Source: Wallemia ichthyophaga EXF-994
Taxonomy: Eukaryota; Fungi; Basidiomycota
Direction of reading: 5' to 3'
Assembly: GCF_000400465.1 (NCBI RefSeq)
Contig: NW_008806287.1
Span: forward strand, 60,001 to 92,000
DNA length: 32,000 nucleotides
The position numbers were made by a program, and so were the translations under genes. The first letter of the stretch is position 1. Each line of letters opens with the position of its first letter. Of this stretch, positions 22,075-32,000 are shown piece after piece. The notes under the pieces were generated by a model, which ran no database searches, had not been told where the DNA came from, and worked only from the letters and a program-made list of their open reading frames with translations.

Positions 22075-23417
22075 ATGTCTTATTACGAGAATAACCAGCA
22101 AGGCAATGTGAGTAGGATATAGTAATAAATCAGTACTAACGCGTCGCTAAGTCTGCTAATTATCCACCGCAATACGTCAATCCAGCTTCACTGTCTAGCG
22201 GTGAGCAACAACAAAGCAACACAGATGATAGTTTCAAGCTCGATACCATCACGTCAACAAGATTCCCTACGCCACCTTCATCGAATGAGCATCTTATTGA
22301 GTTGGATGGTGGACCAACGGGTGATTTCAACATTGGGTACAATTTTCTCCCAACGCCGGAGTCGTCGCCATATGAGAGCGACTTCAATTTGGAGATTCCA
22401 TCTGCACCTATGAGCCACGCAATGAGCCAAGAGATTTCAAGTGACATGTCGATAGGTATGGCGAACAATTTCGGCAACTCACTCGGAATGTTTTACCCTA
22501 CACCACCGACATCCTCGATGGGATCGATGCAGAGCAACATGTTCAGCGTTGATCAGACAGGAGTAGACCAAGAACTGCACCGTCTCCTAATGCAGTCGGG
22601 TGCTTCTGCACACATTGAGCAGCTGCACCAAGAGGAGAGACAGAGGGTGACACATGCGTACCGCCTGCAGCAGCAAGAGGAGGAAGAGCAGCAGCGCCAG
22701 CAGCAGCAACAGCAGGAAGAACACGAGCAGGAGCAACAGCGTCTGCACCAGAGGATGATGTTTGAGAAAATGCAACAGGTAAACATTAGTCAGCAACAGA
22801 CGCAACAAGCGCAAAACACGCAAACGCATTATCGTCAACCACCACCTCCACCAACTGGGCATCCATACAGAATCGCAGAGCAGAGCACGAGAAGCATTCG
22901 TAGGAAGCAGAGTGCACCTGCATTTCGCAGCACACAAGCACAAAGCACTAGCATGGGAGTGCATCCAGCAGCTACTACGAGCATGAACATGAGCATGGGT
23001 ATACATCCATCTGCTACCATCGCATACCCTCAAGCATCGACGAGCAGCTTGGGTAGAATTGAAGAAAGCCAACCTCAACCTCAAAGAGAGCCACAGAGCT
23101 TGCCTCAGAGACAGCCACAGCCATATGGCCAGCCTCAAGTGACTTCCAACGGCCAAAGCAGCTGCCATAGAAATGTACGCGGCATAAAGTCTAAAAGACA
23201 AGGAGGGCCGCGTAAAGCCATCTCAATGCCGGCAATTCGCCAGGTTTCATCAATTCAAGCTGAAGATAAGAGTCAGCCTAAAATGACCAAGTCGCCAGGT
23301 GGAATAAGTTTCATTAATTTCACTCAAGAACATGCAGAAGCCCTGATTGCAGGAGTTGCACCCTCAGGCTCAAACAAGCGCAAGAAGAAAGCTGCTGCTG
23401 CTGCTGCTCAGCAGTAG
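22075..23417 (+). CDS. WetA/Esc1-related putative transcription factor with polyQ/E region, 432 aa
   Basis: join(22075..22107,22152..23417). C-terminal ISFINFTQEHAEALIAGVAPSGSNKRKKK resembles the conserved WetA/Esc1 motif (FVNFT..D...LLTGVAPSGSSKTK). N-terminus is acidic and P/S-rich. Confidence 0.72.
22668..22740 (+). repeat. CAG/GAG-rich trinucleotide tract (polyQ/polyE)
   Basis: Encodes QQQEEEEQQRQQQQQQEEHEQEQQ. Confidence 0.85.
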
Positions 23418-23570
23418 GTAGAATATTGTTCAAAGATATTCAAATAAATACAAATAATAATAATAATAATGCTTTTTAATCAGTTTAACTTAATTTTATT
23501 GTACTTTGTTTTTTACGATGAATTCTCTCTGTTTGATTACGTTGGCGGCGTATCAAGTTGTTTTCGTATC

Positions 23571-24652
23571 ATGACCACCAGCGCGACATCTACATCAACG
23601 AGCACAGTATGCCAAGTGCATCCACTCGTATTGCTTAGTGTTTGTGTGTAATTTCTCGTGTAGTTTGTGGAGACGCTGACGAGTACACTCTAGCTGATCA
23701 CCACGCTCGAGCTGTGAAAGGGTCAAAGAAGCGCGTCGTTGGCTGCTTGTTAGGCCAGGATAATGGATCTGTCATCAACGTAGCAAACTCATTCGCTGTC
23801 CCATTTGAAGAAGACGAGAAAGACCCAAAAACGTGGTTCTTAGATCACGATTTCATTGAAGGAATGATGGAAATGTTTAAGAAAGTTAACGCACGTGAGA
23901 AGCTGATTGGTTTCTATCACTCAGGTCCAAGTCTCAGAGCCAGCGATTTAGAAATCAATGAGTTATTCAAGAAATGGTCAAATAGACCTGTTATGGTTGT
24001 TATAAACGCTGGTGGTGGCGAGGATGATGTCAACAAAGACCAAGGTGAAATACCCGCAGAGGCTTACGTTCAGATTGAGGAAGTTAGAGAGGATGGCTCT
24101 CCTCCTGCAAAGACTTTCTTACATATCCCTTCACAAATCGTTGCAGAAGAGTCCGAGGAGATTGGCGTTGAACATCTGTTGAGAGACGTTAGACCAACTA
24201 ACACCGCCAACGCGAACATTAGCTTGTTGGGTGGTGAGACACTCACCACACGTGTCAGTGCTCTCTTAGGTGCACTCAGGGGGCTTACTAATAGGCTATC
24301 AACTATCAGCAAGTATTTAGACGACGTTCAATCTGGTAAACTTCGCACAAATCACTCCATTCTTTATGATTTACAGGAGATTGTCAGTTTGCTGCCTTCA
24401 GGTGCAGATGATTCCACTGAGGATATGCTTAAGGCTGTTTCGAGAGAGGGTAACGATGGCCACGTCGTCTTGTACCTCTCCTCTCTCATCAGGGCAGTAA
24501 TCAAACTGCATGATCTGGTTGATAACAAGTTGACCAACTCACGCGCCGAACTTGGTTTACCTGAAATTAGCAAGGAGAGCAAGGACAAGGAGGAGCAAAA
24601 ATCAAGCGATTCAAAGGAGACGAAAGATGCAAAGCAAGATGACAAGAAGTAA
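23571..24652 (+). CDS. RPN8: 26S proteasome lid subunit Rpn8/PSMD7 (MPN domain), 343 aa
   Basis: join(23571..23643,23694..24652). Motifs VHPLVLLSVSDHH, RVVGCLLG, NSFAVPFEEDEKD..WFLDH, GFYHSGP, AEESEEIGVEHLLRD. Confidence 0.97.
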
Positions 24653-25206
24653 AGTGCATATATAAATGATATACATGATAATTAATAGTGTATTGTTCTA
24701 CTAGTGAGTTTCAGCTGTACAAACATGTATGATGTTGGTAATCAGGCACGCTGTGCGAATAAACGTCATAACAGTGGCAGTGTCAGTGAGGTAGGCAATT
24801 GACCTGCAGCCAAATTGATTCATTATCAATGAATGTCTGCGCGTTCAGCGTGTTCATTGTTACATGTGCAGCTCATATTTGTGCCTGCAGGGTTTAGAGT
24901 CAGGAGTCAGGAGTCAGGGCTGTCCCTAGCGTGCATTAAAGGGATTACGCTACGAAATTGCAAGACCCAACTGCCTAATACACTCTTAGTGAATTCCAAG
25001 TCCTTGGCTCAGCCTTCAGAATCGAGCTAATTCAAAACATGTGCGTTAAACAAACGCCATAATTTGAATCAGAGTGGCGCGATTGCAGCAAAGTACCATA
25101 AGAACTATCGATGGGTGCAGTTTAATTTCCACTTTGTATCGCTATGACTGTAATTTTACACCTGCATTAAAAGGCGGAACGCTCTTGACACACACAATTA
25201 TCCGCA

Positions 25207-25858
25207 ATAATCCGTCTTAATCTAGCTAGTTTCCTATTCACAACCCTCAAACCCTTCCTTTGCCATGCTCAAGAGACATGCACCGACTATGAGCTGATTA
25301 CCATTATAGGTACACTAGAGCCACAGGGACCGTCAATCGCTCTCAAATCCATCACAGACAGCGCTTTAGACGAGTTGCAAGGTGTTTCGAAGTACGACAT
25401 CGAGTACCCAGCCAGTATCTTCCAAGACTCTAGTGACGCGGTGAACGACACACTAGGCGAGCTGAACGATAAAATATCACAGTGCAACGATATGCAGTTT
25501 GTTTTGCTAGGATACTCGTAAGGTGCTTCAGCGGTTTTGGAGATGTTGGACAATTTGTCAGTCGAAGAAACGGAGAGGGTTGTTGGTGTGCTATTTCTCG
25601 GTAACCCAAATTTCTCTCAGCTATTCCGTTCAAACAGCTCAACAACGACTGGGACCAATCAGGAAAGGTTCTAGACATCTGCATTGAGGTGAGTAGCAAA
25701 TTGTTTTGCAATCAGGTCACTAAAATTGCTGTAGGATTTAGAACGACTATATCTGTAATCCAGTGATTTGTCGCATCACTAGACATTTCTTCTACTCAAC
25801 TAATCCCAAGGTTGTCTAGCGCTCAGTGAAGCACATAGTGACACAGCTCAATTCATAG
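25207..25858 (+). pseudogene. Cutinase / acetylxylan esterase-like pseudogene
   Basis: Frame reads [ATA]IRLNLASFLF..CHAQETCTDYELITIIGTLEPQGPS...YDIEYPA...FVLLGYS*GA...VLFLGNP. In-frame TAA at 25519..25521 sits inside GYSQG. A frameshift near 25660 precedes KVLDICIE|NDYIC. Intron ~25689..25741; further stop at 25817. Confidence 0.85.
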
Positions 25859-25903
25859 TATTTTGCATCGAATGATTATCAAATGATCAAGTCATTCCTT
25901 ATT

Positions 25904-26233
25904 CTAAATCTCAACATCGTATGCAAGTGCTGTTTCCACTAATGGCTTGATCTGCTCGACTATCTTGACGTGCTCAGGATCGACTATGTATGCATTCAGC
26001 GCGTCGAGGCTGTCGAAGGTGGAATAGAGACCTTGAACAAGTTGATTAGAGAATTCCTACAGTCATCCGCGTGATTCCTCACCGTAGTTGTACACTCCAC
26101 TCTTCTCAGGACGCAATGGCTCGCCTAAAGAGAGCTTGGTTGGGCCATTGAGTGCGTGCAGTGGCTTGAAGACGTCGAGCGTTGCTTGGTCCTTGTTTTT
26201 GAGCTTCCAGAGTACTATGTGAGCGACTGGCAT
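25904..26233 (-). CDS. Stress-responsive alpha/beta-barrel (Dabb) domain protein, 92 aa
   Basis: complement(join(25904..26031,26083..26233)) gives MPVAHIVLWKLK...GVYNYGLYSTFDSLDALNAYIVDPEHVKIV...LAYDVEI, the Dabb pattern H.VL.K / G....F.S..AL..Y...P.H. Confidence 0.85.
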
Positions 26234-26295
26234 TGGTGGTAGTGTGATGAGGGGGATATTGTGAATCAAGACTTAAGTATACATTCATTTACCAT

Positions 26296-27786
26296 TTAAC
26301 TTGCGTACACATCTTCAGCAGCCCTTCGAATATCATTCTCGAGGTCTTGATAGTCCTCCACGCCAACGCTAAACCTAACAAGGTTTTGGTTGATGCCTAG
26401 TTCTTCTCTGAGCGCTTTTGGTATACCTGCATGTGTCATTTTCGATGGCAGCTCTGCCAGGCTCTCTACACCACCGAGCGACTCAGCCAGCGAGAAAAGT
26501 GTGAGACGCTCGAGTATCTTTTCACCAGCTTCAGAAACACTGTCTGAGAAGCTGACACTAAGCATTCCACCTGTTGGTACTCCCAAGGAAACATCTCCAT
26601 TGTTGGCTTTGACGTGCTTTGACATTTGTTCCATCATTATATCATAGTTTGCGTTCCAGGGGAGACCAGGGTACAAAATGTCATGCTTGCTTTTCACCCA
26701 TCCCCTTTTGACGCCCTCTGTTGCAAAGTAGTGGGCCAACTTGAGTGCATTTTCACCATGTCTCTCCGCTCGGAGGTCTGAGAGATGTGTTAGCGTAGAA
26801 AACCACAAGTGGCGCTAGCGTACGCAGCGTTTTTGCTCCCCGCTGTGCCAACCAGCAATCGAAAGCTGACGGTACAGATCCGATGGCATTCTGGAAAAAC
26901 CTCAATCTCTCCGCCAAATGTTGGTGCTTAGTCACAACTACTCCCATTATAACCTAGTGGGTATCGTTAGACTAACTAGTAAGTAAGATTGTCCACGCAC
27001 ATCGCTGTGGCCGTTGATGTATTTTGAGACAGAATGCAAAACCACATCAGCACCGAGATCGAGGGGGTTTGAGTAGTATGGAGATAAAAATGTGTTATCA
27101 ACTACCAAAATTGCGTCTCTTGAGTGTGCAATTCGAGCCAAATGAGGGATATTAACAATTTTCATTGTCGGATTCGTCGGAGATTCAACCCAAATCATCT
27201 ATTATGATCATATCAGATGACTCTTGTAATTACCGAGAGATTATCACCTACTTTAGTATGCTTTTTCCAGTTGCTCGCAATAACAGCCTCCTCGACTGTG
27301 CCTTCGAGTGGCACAAACGATGTTTGTACACCTAACAAAGAAGCGACGTGGGTGAAGTATCTCGAAGTACCACCGTATACATCGTCTATTGAAATTACGT
27401 GGCTTGGGCCATGCCCTAAAAGATGCAAGAGCGTTGAGGCAGCTGCACTTCCACTTGCAAATGCGAATCCATACTTTCCATTCTCGAGCGCTGCGATTTG
27501 TCTTTCTAATGCTTCTCTGTTGGGATTGTTCGAACGTGAGTACTCGAATCCCTATGACGTGTGAGCGATAAGGACGCAAGTGGATATAGCCAGACAGACT
27601 TTGTGATTTCCAACGCCTGTTTGAGCGTATGTGGTGCTTAGAGATATTGGTGGAATTACAGCGCCAGTTGATTCGTCTGGTGTGCTACCCTGTGAAGCGT
27701 TGAGAGCTGAGCAACGACATTCAAAGCATACTAACAACGTGAATAGCTCGAGTGGCAAAGCTTGGGCTCGTCTGGGCATTATCCAT
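26296..27786 (-). CDS. CYS3: Cystathionine gamma-lyase, 416 aa
   Basis: complement(join(26296..26777,26824..26953,27001..27198,27252..27551,27600..27689,27736..27786)). Motifs [40 protein letters not shown]-lysine [20 protein letters not shown]. Confidence 0.93.
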
Positions 27787-27862
27787 CTTAGTGGCAGTTT
27801 CAGTTGCAGTTCAAGTGCAGAAATCACGTCATTTGGTTTTAAAGTAGCAATAAATATCCATT

Positions 27863-28876
27863 TTACTCTGATTTGTAGTCGTACAGATTCACACTTCCAT
27901 CGTCTCCTGCGCTGGCTAGAGTCTTGGTTTTCGGCGTGTAGGCCAAGCTGTTTATATCCGCACCTCCGTGTGCTTTGTCTATTGATTCAACTAAAACCAG
28001 CTTCGTAATCACGCCATCGCTATATCCAAGTTTCCATAGTGATAAAGTTCCGTCTGCACCGCCAGTAGCGATATAATTTTCATCCAGCCAGACGATGGTA
28101 TATATAGAACGCTTGTGAGCGTTATTTAGAATGGCGGTGGGTACACCAGCATCATTCCAAGCAATTATACTCAAATCGTCACTAACACTAACCAAGTGGT
28201 GACCGCTAGGTGACCATTCGCATGCCCAGACGGTGGAAGAGTGCTTCTTAAAGCGTGAACTAACATACCAATCATCGGAAGGATCGTCCTTGTAGATATT
28301 GATGGTATCATCATAGCTAGCACTTGCCAACAGTTCATCCGAGTGAGGGTGGAAAGTGACGTGCTTAACATCTTGAGTGTGCTCCATTAGAACACTAACG
28401 CACTCAGGTTCATTACCAGATGTAACTAGGCTGGTTGTTAGATGAAATTAAGCGTTTGTACGTGAGAAAAGAGAAATACCTTCCCAAATCCAAACTGATT
28501 TGTCTCGTGAGCTTGAAGCGAGCAAAGTAGACGAGTTATTGAAGGCAACAGACTTGCATTCACTCTCGTGGCCTTCTAAGACTGAAGTGCAAGACCAATT
28601 GTCGTGTACATGGTCTTCTTTCTCCCAAATACCAACGGATGCGTCAAAAGAGGCGGTTGCGAGGTAAGAGCCATTAGGTGACCAAGCCAAAGCTCTAACA
28701 GTCCTCTTATGCTCCTGTGGCAAGCTAGCGACTTGTGTCCATGACTCGTTCAGATAAGCGTAAAGATGTACTTGATGATCACCAGACGATGAAGCTAATA
28801 AATTGGTCGCAGGATTAAACGCAACAGACCAAACTTTATCTTGATGAGATTTAAATCTTTTTATTTCCGATAACAT
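27863..28876 (-). CDS. CIA1: Cytosolic Fe-S assembly WD40 protein Cia1, 319 aa
   Basis: complement(join(27863..28425,28480..28876)). Motifs HKRTVRALAWSP, LATASFDA, LEGHESECKSVAF, SRDKSVWIWE, LMEHTQDVKHV, SASYDDTI. Confidence 0.95.
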
Positions 28877-28906
28877 GGTATATCTTCAACGCTGACGTAC
28901 ACCACA
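28877..28906. promoter_or_regulatory. 30-bp spacer between divergent CIA1 and HIS5 start codons, containing TGACGT
   Basis: ggtatatcttcaacgctgacgtacaccaca; TGACGT at 28893..28898 is a CRE/bZIP-like site. Regulatory role inferred only. Confidence 0.4.
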
Positions 28907-30144
28907 ATGTCTAGCCCTAAAATTCGTGGCTTGAATCTTGACGTTTTACCTCAGAATTATCCCCAGCCAAGCCACTTTAACATAGAAAATGTTATAAGGA
29001 ATAATATTTTATCTTTGGAACCATATCGCTGTGCTCGCGATGATTACGATCAAGGTATCCTTCTAGAGTGAGTTGGGTTGTATGCAGCAACAGCAGCATC
29101 TTATATTTGAGCAGCGCAAACGAAAATTCACTTGGCTCAACGGTTCAGGCGGATCAAGAGCAGGAATTACACAGATACCCTTCACCTTCTCACCCAGCGA
29201 TTAAGGAGTCAGTCACAAGGCTTAGATCTTTGCCTTCGATCGATTACGTTTTCTTGGGCGTCGGTTCTGATGAGGTTATTGATCTCCTTTATCGTGTTTG
29301 CTGTACTCCATCTCAAGATAAGGCCTTGACTTGTCCACCAACTTACGGCATGTATGGCGTTTGCGCTGTTATAAACGATGTTCAAGTCGAGAAAATACCT
29401 TTAGATGTCAACCAAGGTAGATTTCAACTTGACGTTGGTCGTATTCAGGATGCTTATGCGAAAGATGTCGACAATAAGCTGAAATTAACCTTCATTTGCT
29501 CACCAGGTAATCCAACTGGGAGTCTCATCAACCTCAAAGACATAATCACACTCCTTGAAGACGAGAACAATAACGGTTTAATCGTAGTTGATGAGGCATA
29601 CATCGATTTCAGTGATAATGATGCATCTGCTGTGCAATTAGTCGAAAAGTACAGCAACTTGATAGTGATGCAAACACTTTCAAAGAGCTTCGGTCTGGCT
29701 GGGATCAGACTTGGCATTGCAATTGCTCAACCACCGCTTATTCAAGTACTATCAAACACAAAAGCACCTTACAACATATCAACTCCTACAGCCAAGCTAG
29801 CTGAGGAAGCTCTTAGCGAGAAGGGAGTTGGGAATATGAAATCATTTGTCGCAGAGTTGAAGAAGAACAGAGATTTCTTGATTAGTGAGTTGAGCTCATT
29901 CAAAAACGTAGATAGAGTGATAGGCTCAAACGACGCCAACTTTGTTATGCTTCCAATATTGAATGATGAAGGTAAAAAGGACAATGAAAAGGCTAAGTAC
30001 ATCTACAAGCACCTGGCTGAAACAGATAAGATTGTGGTGAGATATAGAGGATCAGAAATCGGATGTGAAGGGTGCCTGAGAATATCGATTGGTACAAAGA
30101 CAGAATGTGTAGAGCTGCTTGAGAAGCTCAAGAAGTTACTGTAA
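28907..30144 (+). CDS. HIS5: Histidinol-phosphate aminotransferase, 396 aa
   Basis: join(28907..29067,29115..30144). Motifs LEPYRCARDDY, LLDANEN, LHRYP, GVGSDEVID, CSPGNPTG, VDEAYIDF, TLSKSFGLAGIRLG. Confidence 0.97.
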
Positions 30145-30194
30145 AAGAATAAATTGATAATTCAGTTTGATTTTTAACTTGATCCTGACCAATC

Positions 30195-30799
30195 ATGTTC
30201 GCTACAAGACTAAACTTGATAAAGAATACGCCAAAGATACTCGTTGACGCTTCAAAGTCATTGCCAGAAGCTCCAGCTCAGCGTTTAAAGGCTTCAACGA
30301 GAATAACGGGATTGGCAGTACACCCAGATCCGTGTTAGTTTCAATTGAGTGGTGGAGTGGATTAGGCTGATGATAATCGATAGTATCCGCACTCGCAGAG
30401 ACTTATTCAAGTACATTATCATTCTTACAGCAATTCCCGTCTTCTTCCGTGTACAAGAATAGCGTTGAGGCACTCACGAAGCAGCGTTTGAGCAGAGTGG
30501 TCAGCGCGAACGACAAAGGCGTTAGCCCAGAAGACGTGGAGGCTAACAGCAACTCAGAATACTCTGATTTGTTGGGTACACCGCCTGTACAGTTGGAGGA
30601 AGTTTTAGTTGAAGCTGAGAACGAGCTTGGTTTGGCAGCAAAGATGTTTGAATGGAAAGCGTGAGTTTGCTTGGTTTATTGCTGCATTACTGGCTTAGGC
30701 TTATTGCGCTGCAGATGGGAGCCACTCCAAGTACAGCCACCAAAGGATCAATGGAAGAATCCTTTCAGCGTCGATACTTCAAAATCTTTGAACGAATAA
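30195..30799 (+). CDS. NDUFA5: Complex I accessory subunit NDUFA5 (B13), 166 aa
   Basis: join(30195..30333,30384..30660,30715..30799). Motifs [51 protein letters not shown]...DQW. Confidence 0.9.
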
Positions 30800-30853
30800 T
30801 TTGTACTTAATTTAAACGTATATTTCTATCCACACGTCATCGGTACAGTCACC

Positions 30854-31852
30854 ATGCCTGTCCCAGAAACATTCAATCGACTAAGAATCTTTGAAACGGG
30901 TAATCTAGATAAGCTTGTGATTGACAGCAACTCCACTCTCGATTCTCTTGGTCCCCACGCTATAAATATCAAAGTGTCTTACGCGGGGATCAACTACATC
31001 GACACCTATTTCAGATCTGGTTTATACCCAGTTAGCTTGCCCTTTAATCTCGGTCAAGAGGGTTCTGGCACTGTTGTCGACGTTGGCTCACAAGTTACTC
31101 GCTTCAAGCCAGGCCAATCTGTAGCTTTCTACTCGAATGGTTCGTTGTCTGAGTACACACAGGTTGAAGAATCCAAAGCTGTTGCTTTAGACACCAAGAA
31201 CGTATCAGAATTTGATGCTGCGACGGTCCTTTTGCAAGGTCTCACCGCCTGGACCTTCCTTAAAGAGGCACATAACGTCAAGAAAGGTGACAAAGTGCTT
31301 GTACATGCAGCAGCCGGTGGCGTTGGTTTGATATTGGTTCAACTCGCAAAGTATTTGGGTGCAATCGTCATCGGAACGACTTCAACAGCAGAGAAGGCTC
31401 AACTTGCAAAAGCAAATGGTGCAGACCACGTTATTTTATACACCGAGGAAAACGTCGCAGAGCGTATTAATGAGATAACAAACGGCGAAGGAATCGATGG
31501 TAATTTTGATGGAGTTGGAAAAGATACGTTTGATTTAGCTTTTCAAGTCGCTGCTAGGCGTGGAACTATCGTATCTTTCGGTAATGCATCCGGCGCTGTT
31601 CCCCCATTTAGCATTCTACAACTCACACCTAAGAACATCAAACTACTCAGACCTTCAGTGATGAATTACATTGCTACAGCTGAAGAGCTCGATAGATACT
31701 CTGCTGAGCTGTTCGATCTCATTGAGAGAGGCGTGCTCAAAATACACAGACACGGTGTATACAGCTTCGATATCGACAGTCTCAAACAGGCGCAAGCTGA
31801 TATAACATCGCGTGCAACTACGGGAAAGCTCGTCGTTAAAGTATCAGATTAA
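30854..31852 (+). CDS. ZTA1: NADPH:quinone oxidoreductase, zeta-crystallin/Qor type (MDR superfamily), 332 aa
   Basis: Intronless. Motifs AGINYIDTYFRSGLYP, LGQEGSG, LLQGLTA, VLVHAAAGGVG, DGVGKDTF, FGNASG, TTGKLV. Confidence 0.9.
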   Translation: MPVPETFNRLRIFETGNLDKLVIDSNSTLDSLGPHAINIKVSYAGINYIDTYFRSGLYPVSLPFNLGQEGSGTVVDVGSQVTRFKPGQSVAFYSNGSLSEYTQVEESKAVALDTKNVSEFDAATVLLQGLTAWTFLKEAHNVKKGDKVLVHAAAGGVGLILVQLAKYLGAIVIGTTSTAEKAQLAKANGADHVILYTEENVAERINEITNGEGIDGNFDGVGKDTFDLAFQVAARRGTIVSFGNASGAVPPFSILQLTPKNIKLLRPSVMNYIATAEELDRYSAELFDLIERGVLKIHRHGVYSFDIDSLKQAQADITSRATTGKLVVKVSD

Positions 31853-31945
31853 GTTGTACACATAGCTTACTTAGGTTAATGAAAAACTTGACTGGAATGT
31901 TTGTGAAGATTTAGTGCAATGCGATTTACGCGGTCTACAAACACA

Positions 31946-32000
31946 ATGAAGTTTGCTTTGATCGCATTGGCAGCTGCAGCAAGTGCTGTGCCACTGAACA
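31946..32000 (+). CDS. 5' start of a probable secreted protein (truncated by window)
   Basis: ACAATG context, then MKFALIALAAAASAVPLN, a typical signal peptide. Confidence 0.65.
   Translation, partial: MKFALIALAAAASAVPLN

Noticed and set aside
22553-23201. Cys-rich and Leu-rich minus-strand ORFs (77 and 204 aa)
   Set aside because: Antisense shadows of the CAG/GAG-rich polyQ tract in the WetA-like gene.
24660-25200. Possible small gene or ncRNA in the 540-bp gap after RPN8 (ORF 24833..25030, short GTCAGGA repeat)
   Set aside because: No coherent spliced model, protein motif or RNA structure found; probably UTR or promoter, but not excluded.
25519-25521. Programmed stop-codon readthrough in the cutinase GYS*G motif
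   Set aside because: Start loss, a frameshift and a second stop indicate decay rather than recoding.
1-32000. Prokaryotic operon, defence system, transposon, tRNA or rRNA
   Set aside because: Spliceosomal introns throughout; no transposase/RT motifs, terminal repeats or RNA-gene signatures recognised by eye.

Overview
Eukaryotic, not prokaryotic, DNA. This is an extremely gene-dense fungal segment with about 27 loci in 32 kb. All ~40 introns I reconstructed by hand are canonical GT-AG and only 42-58 nt long, often with a CTAAC/CTAAT-like branch site. Protein style points to a basidiomycete with a very compact genome; Wallemia-like is my inference, not verified. Most GTG/TTG starts and antisense ORFs in the ORF track are artefacts, so gene models were rebuilt by splicing, and each complete spliced model sums to whole codons. 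Housekeeping content: MDV1-like 3' end, rhodanese, RPS8, VMA9 (absent from the ORF track), CENP-O/Mcm21, ChaC, nucleoside phosphorylase, ARO2, NFU1, AhpD/Pxp2-like, ALG12, a 7TM protein, GVP36, mago nashi, mitochondrial S10, RPN8, a Dabb protein, CYS3, CIA1, HIS5, NDUFA5 and a quinone oxidoreductase. Most notable: (1) the mago start codon appears split by an intron (AT|G); (2) two divergent gene pairs have start codons only 30 and 34 bp apart; (3) a 768-aa protein with four dispersed atypical zinc fingers, two hidden from the ORF track; (4) a WetA/Esc1-like factor in an apparent basidiomycete; (5) a HAM1-like 1162-aa protein with a repetitive tail rich in PKA-type sites; (6) a cutinase pseudogene; (7) CENP-O with a long basic extension. 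No tRNA, rRNA, CRISPR array or mobile element was recognised.
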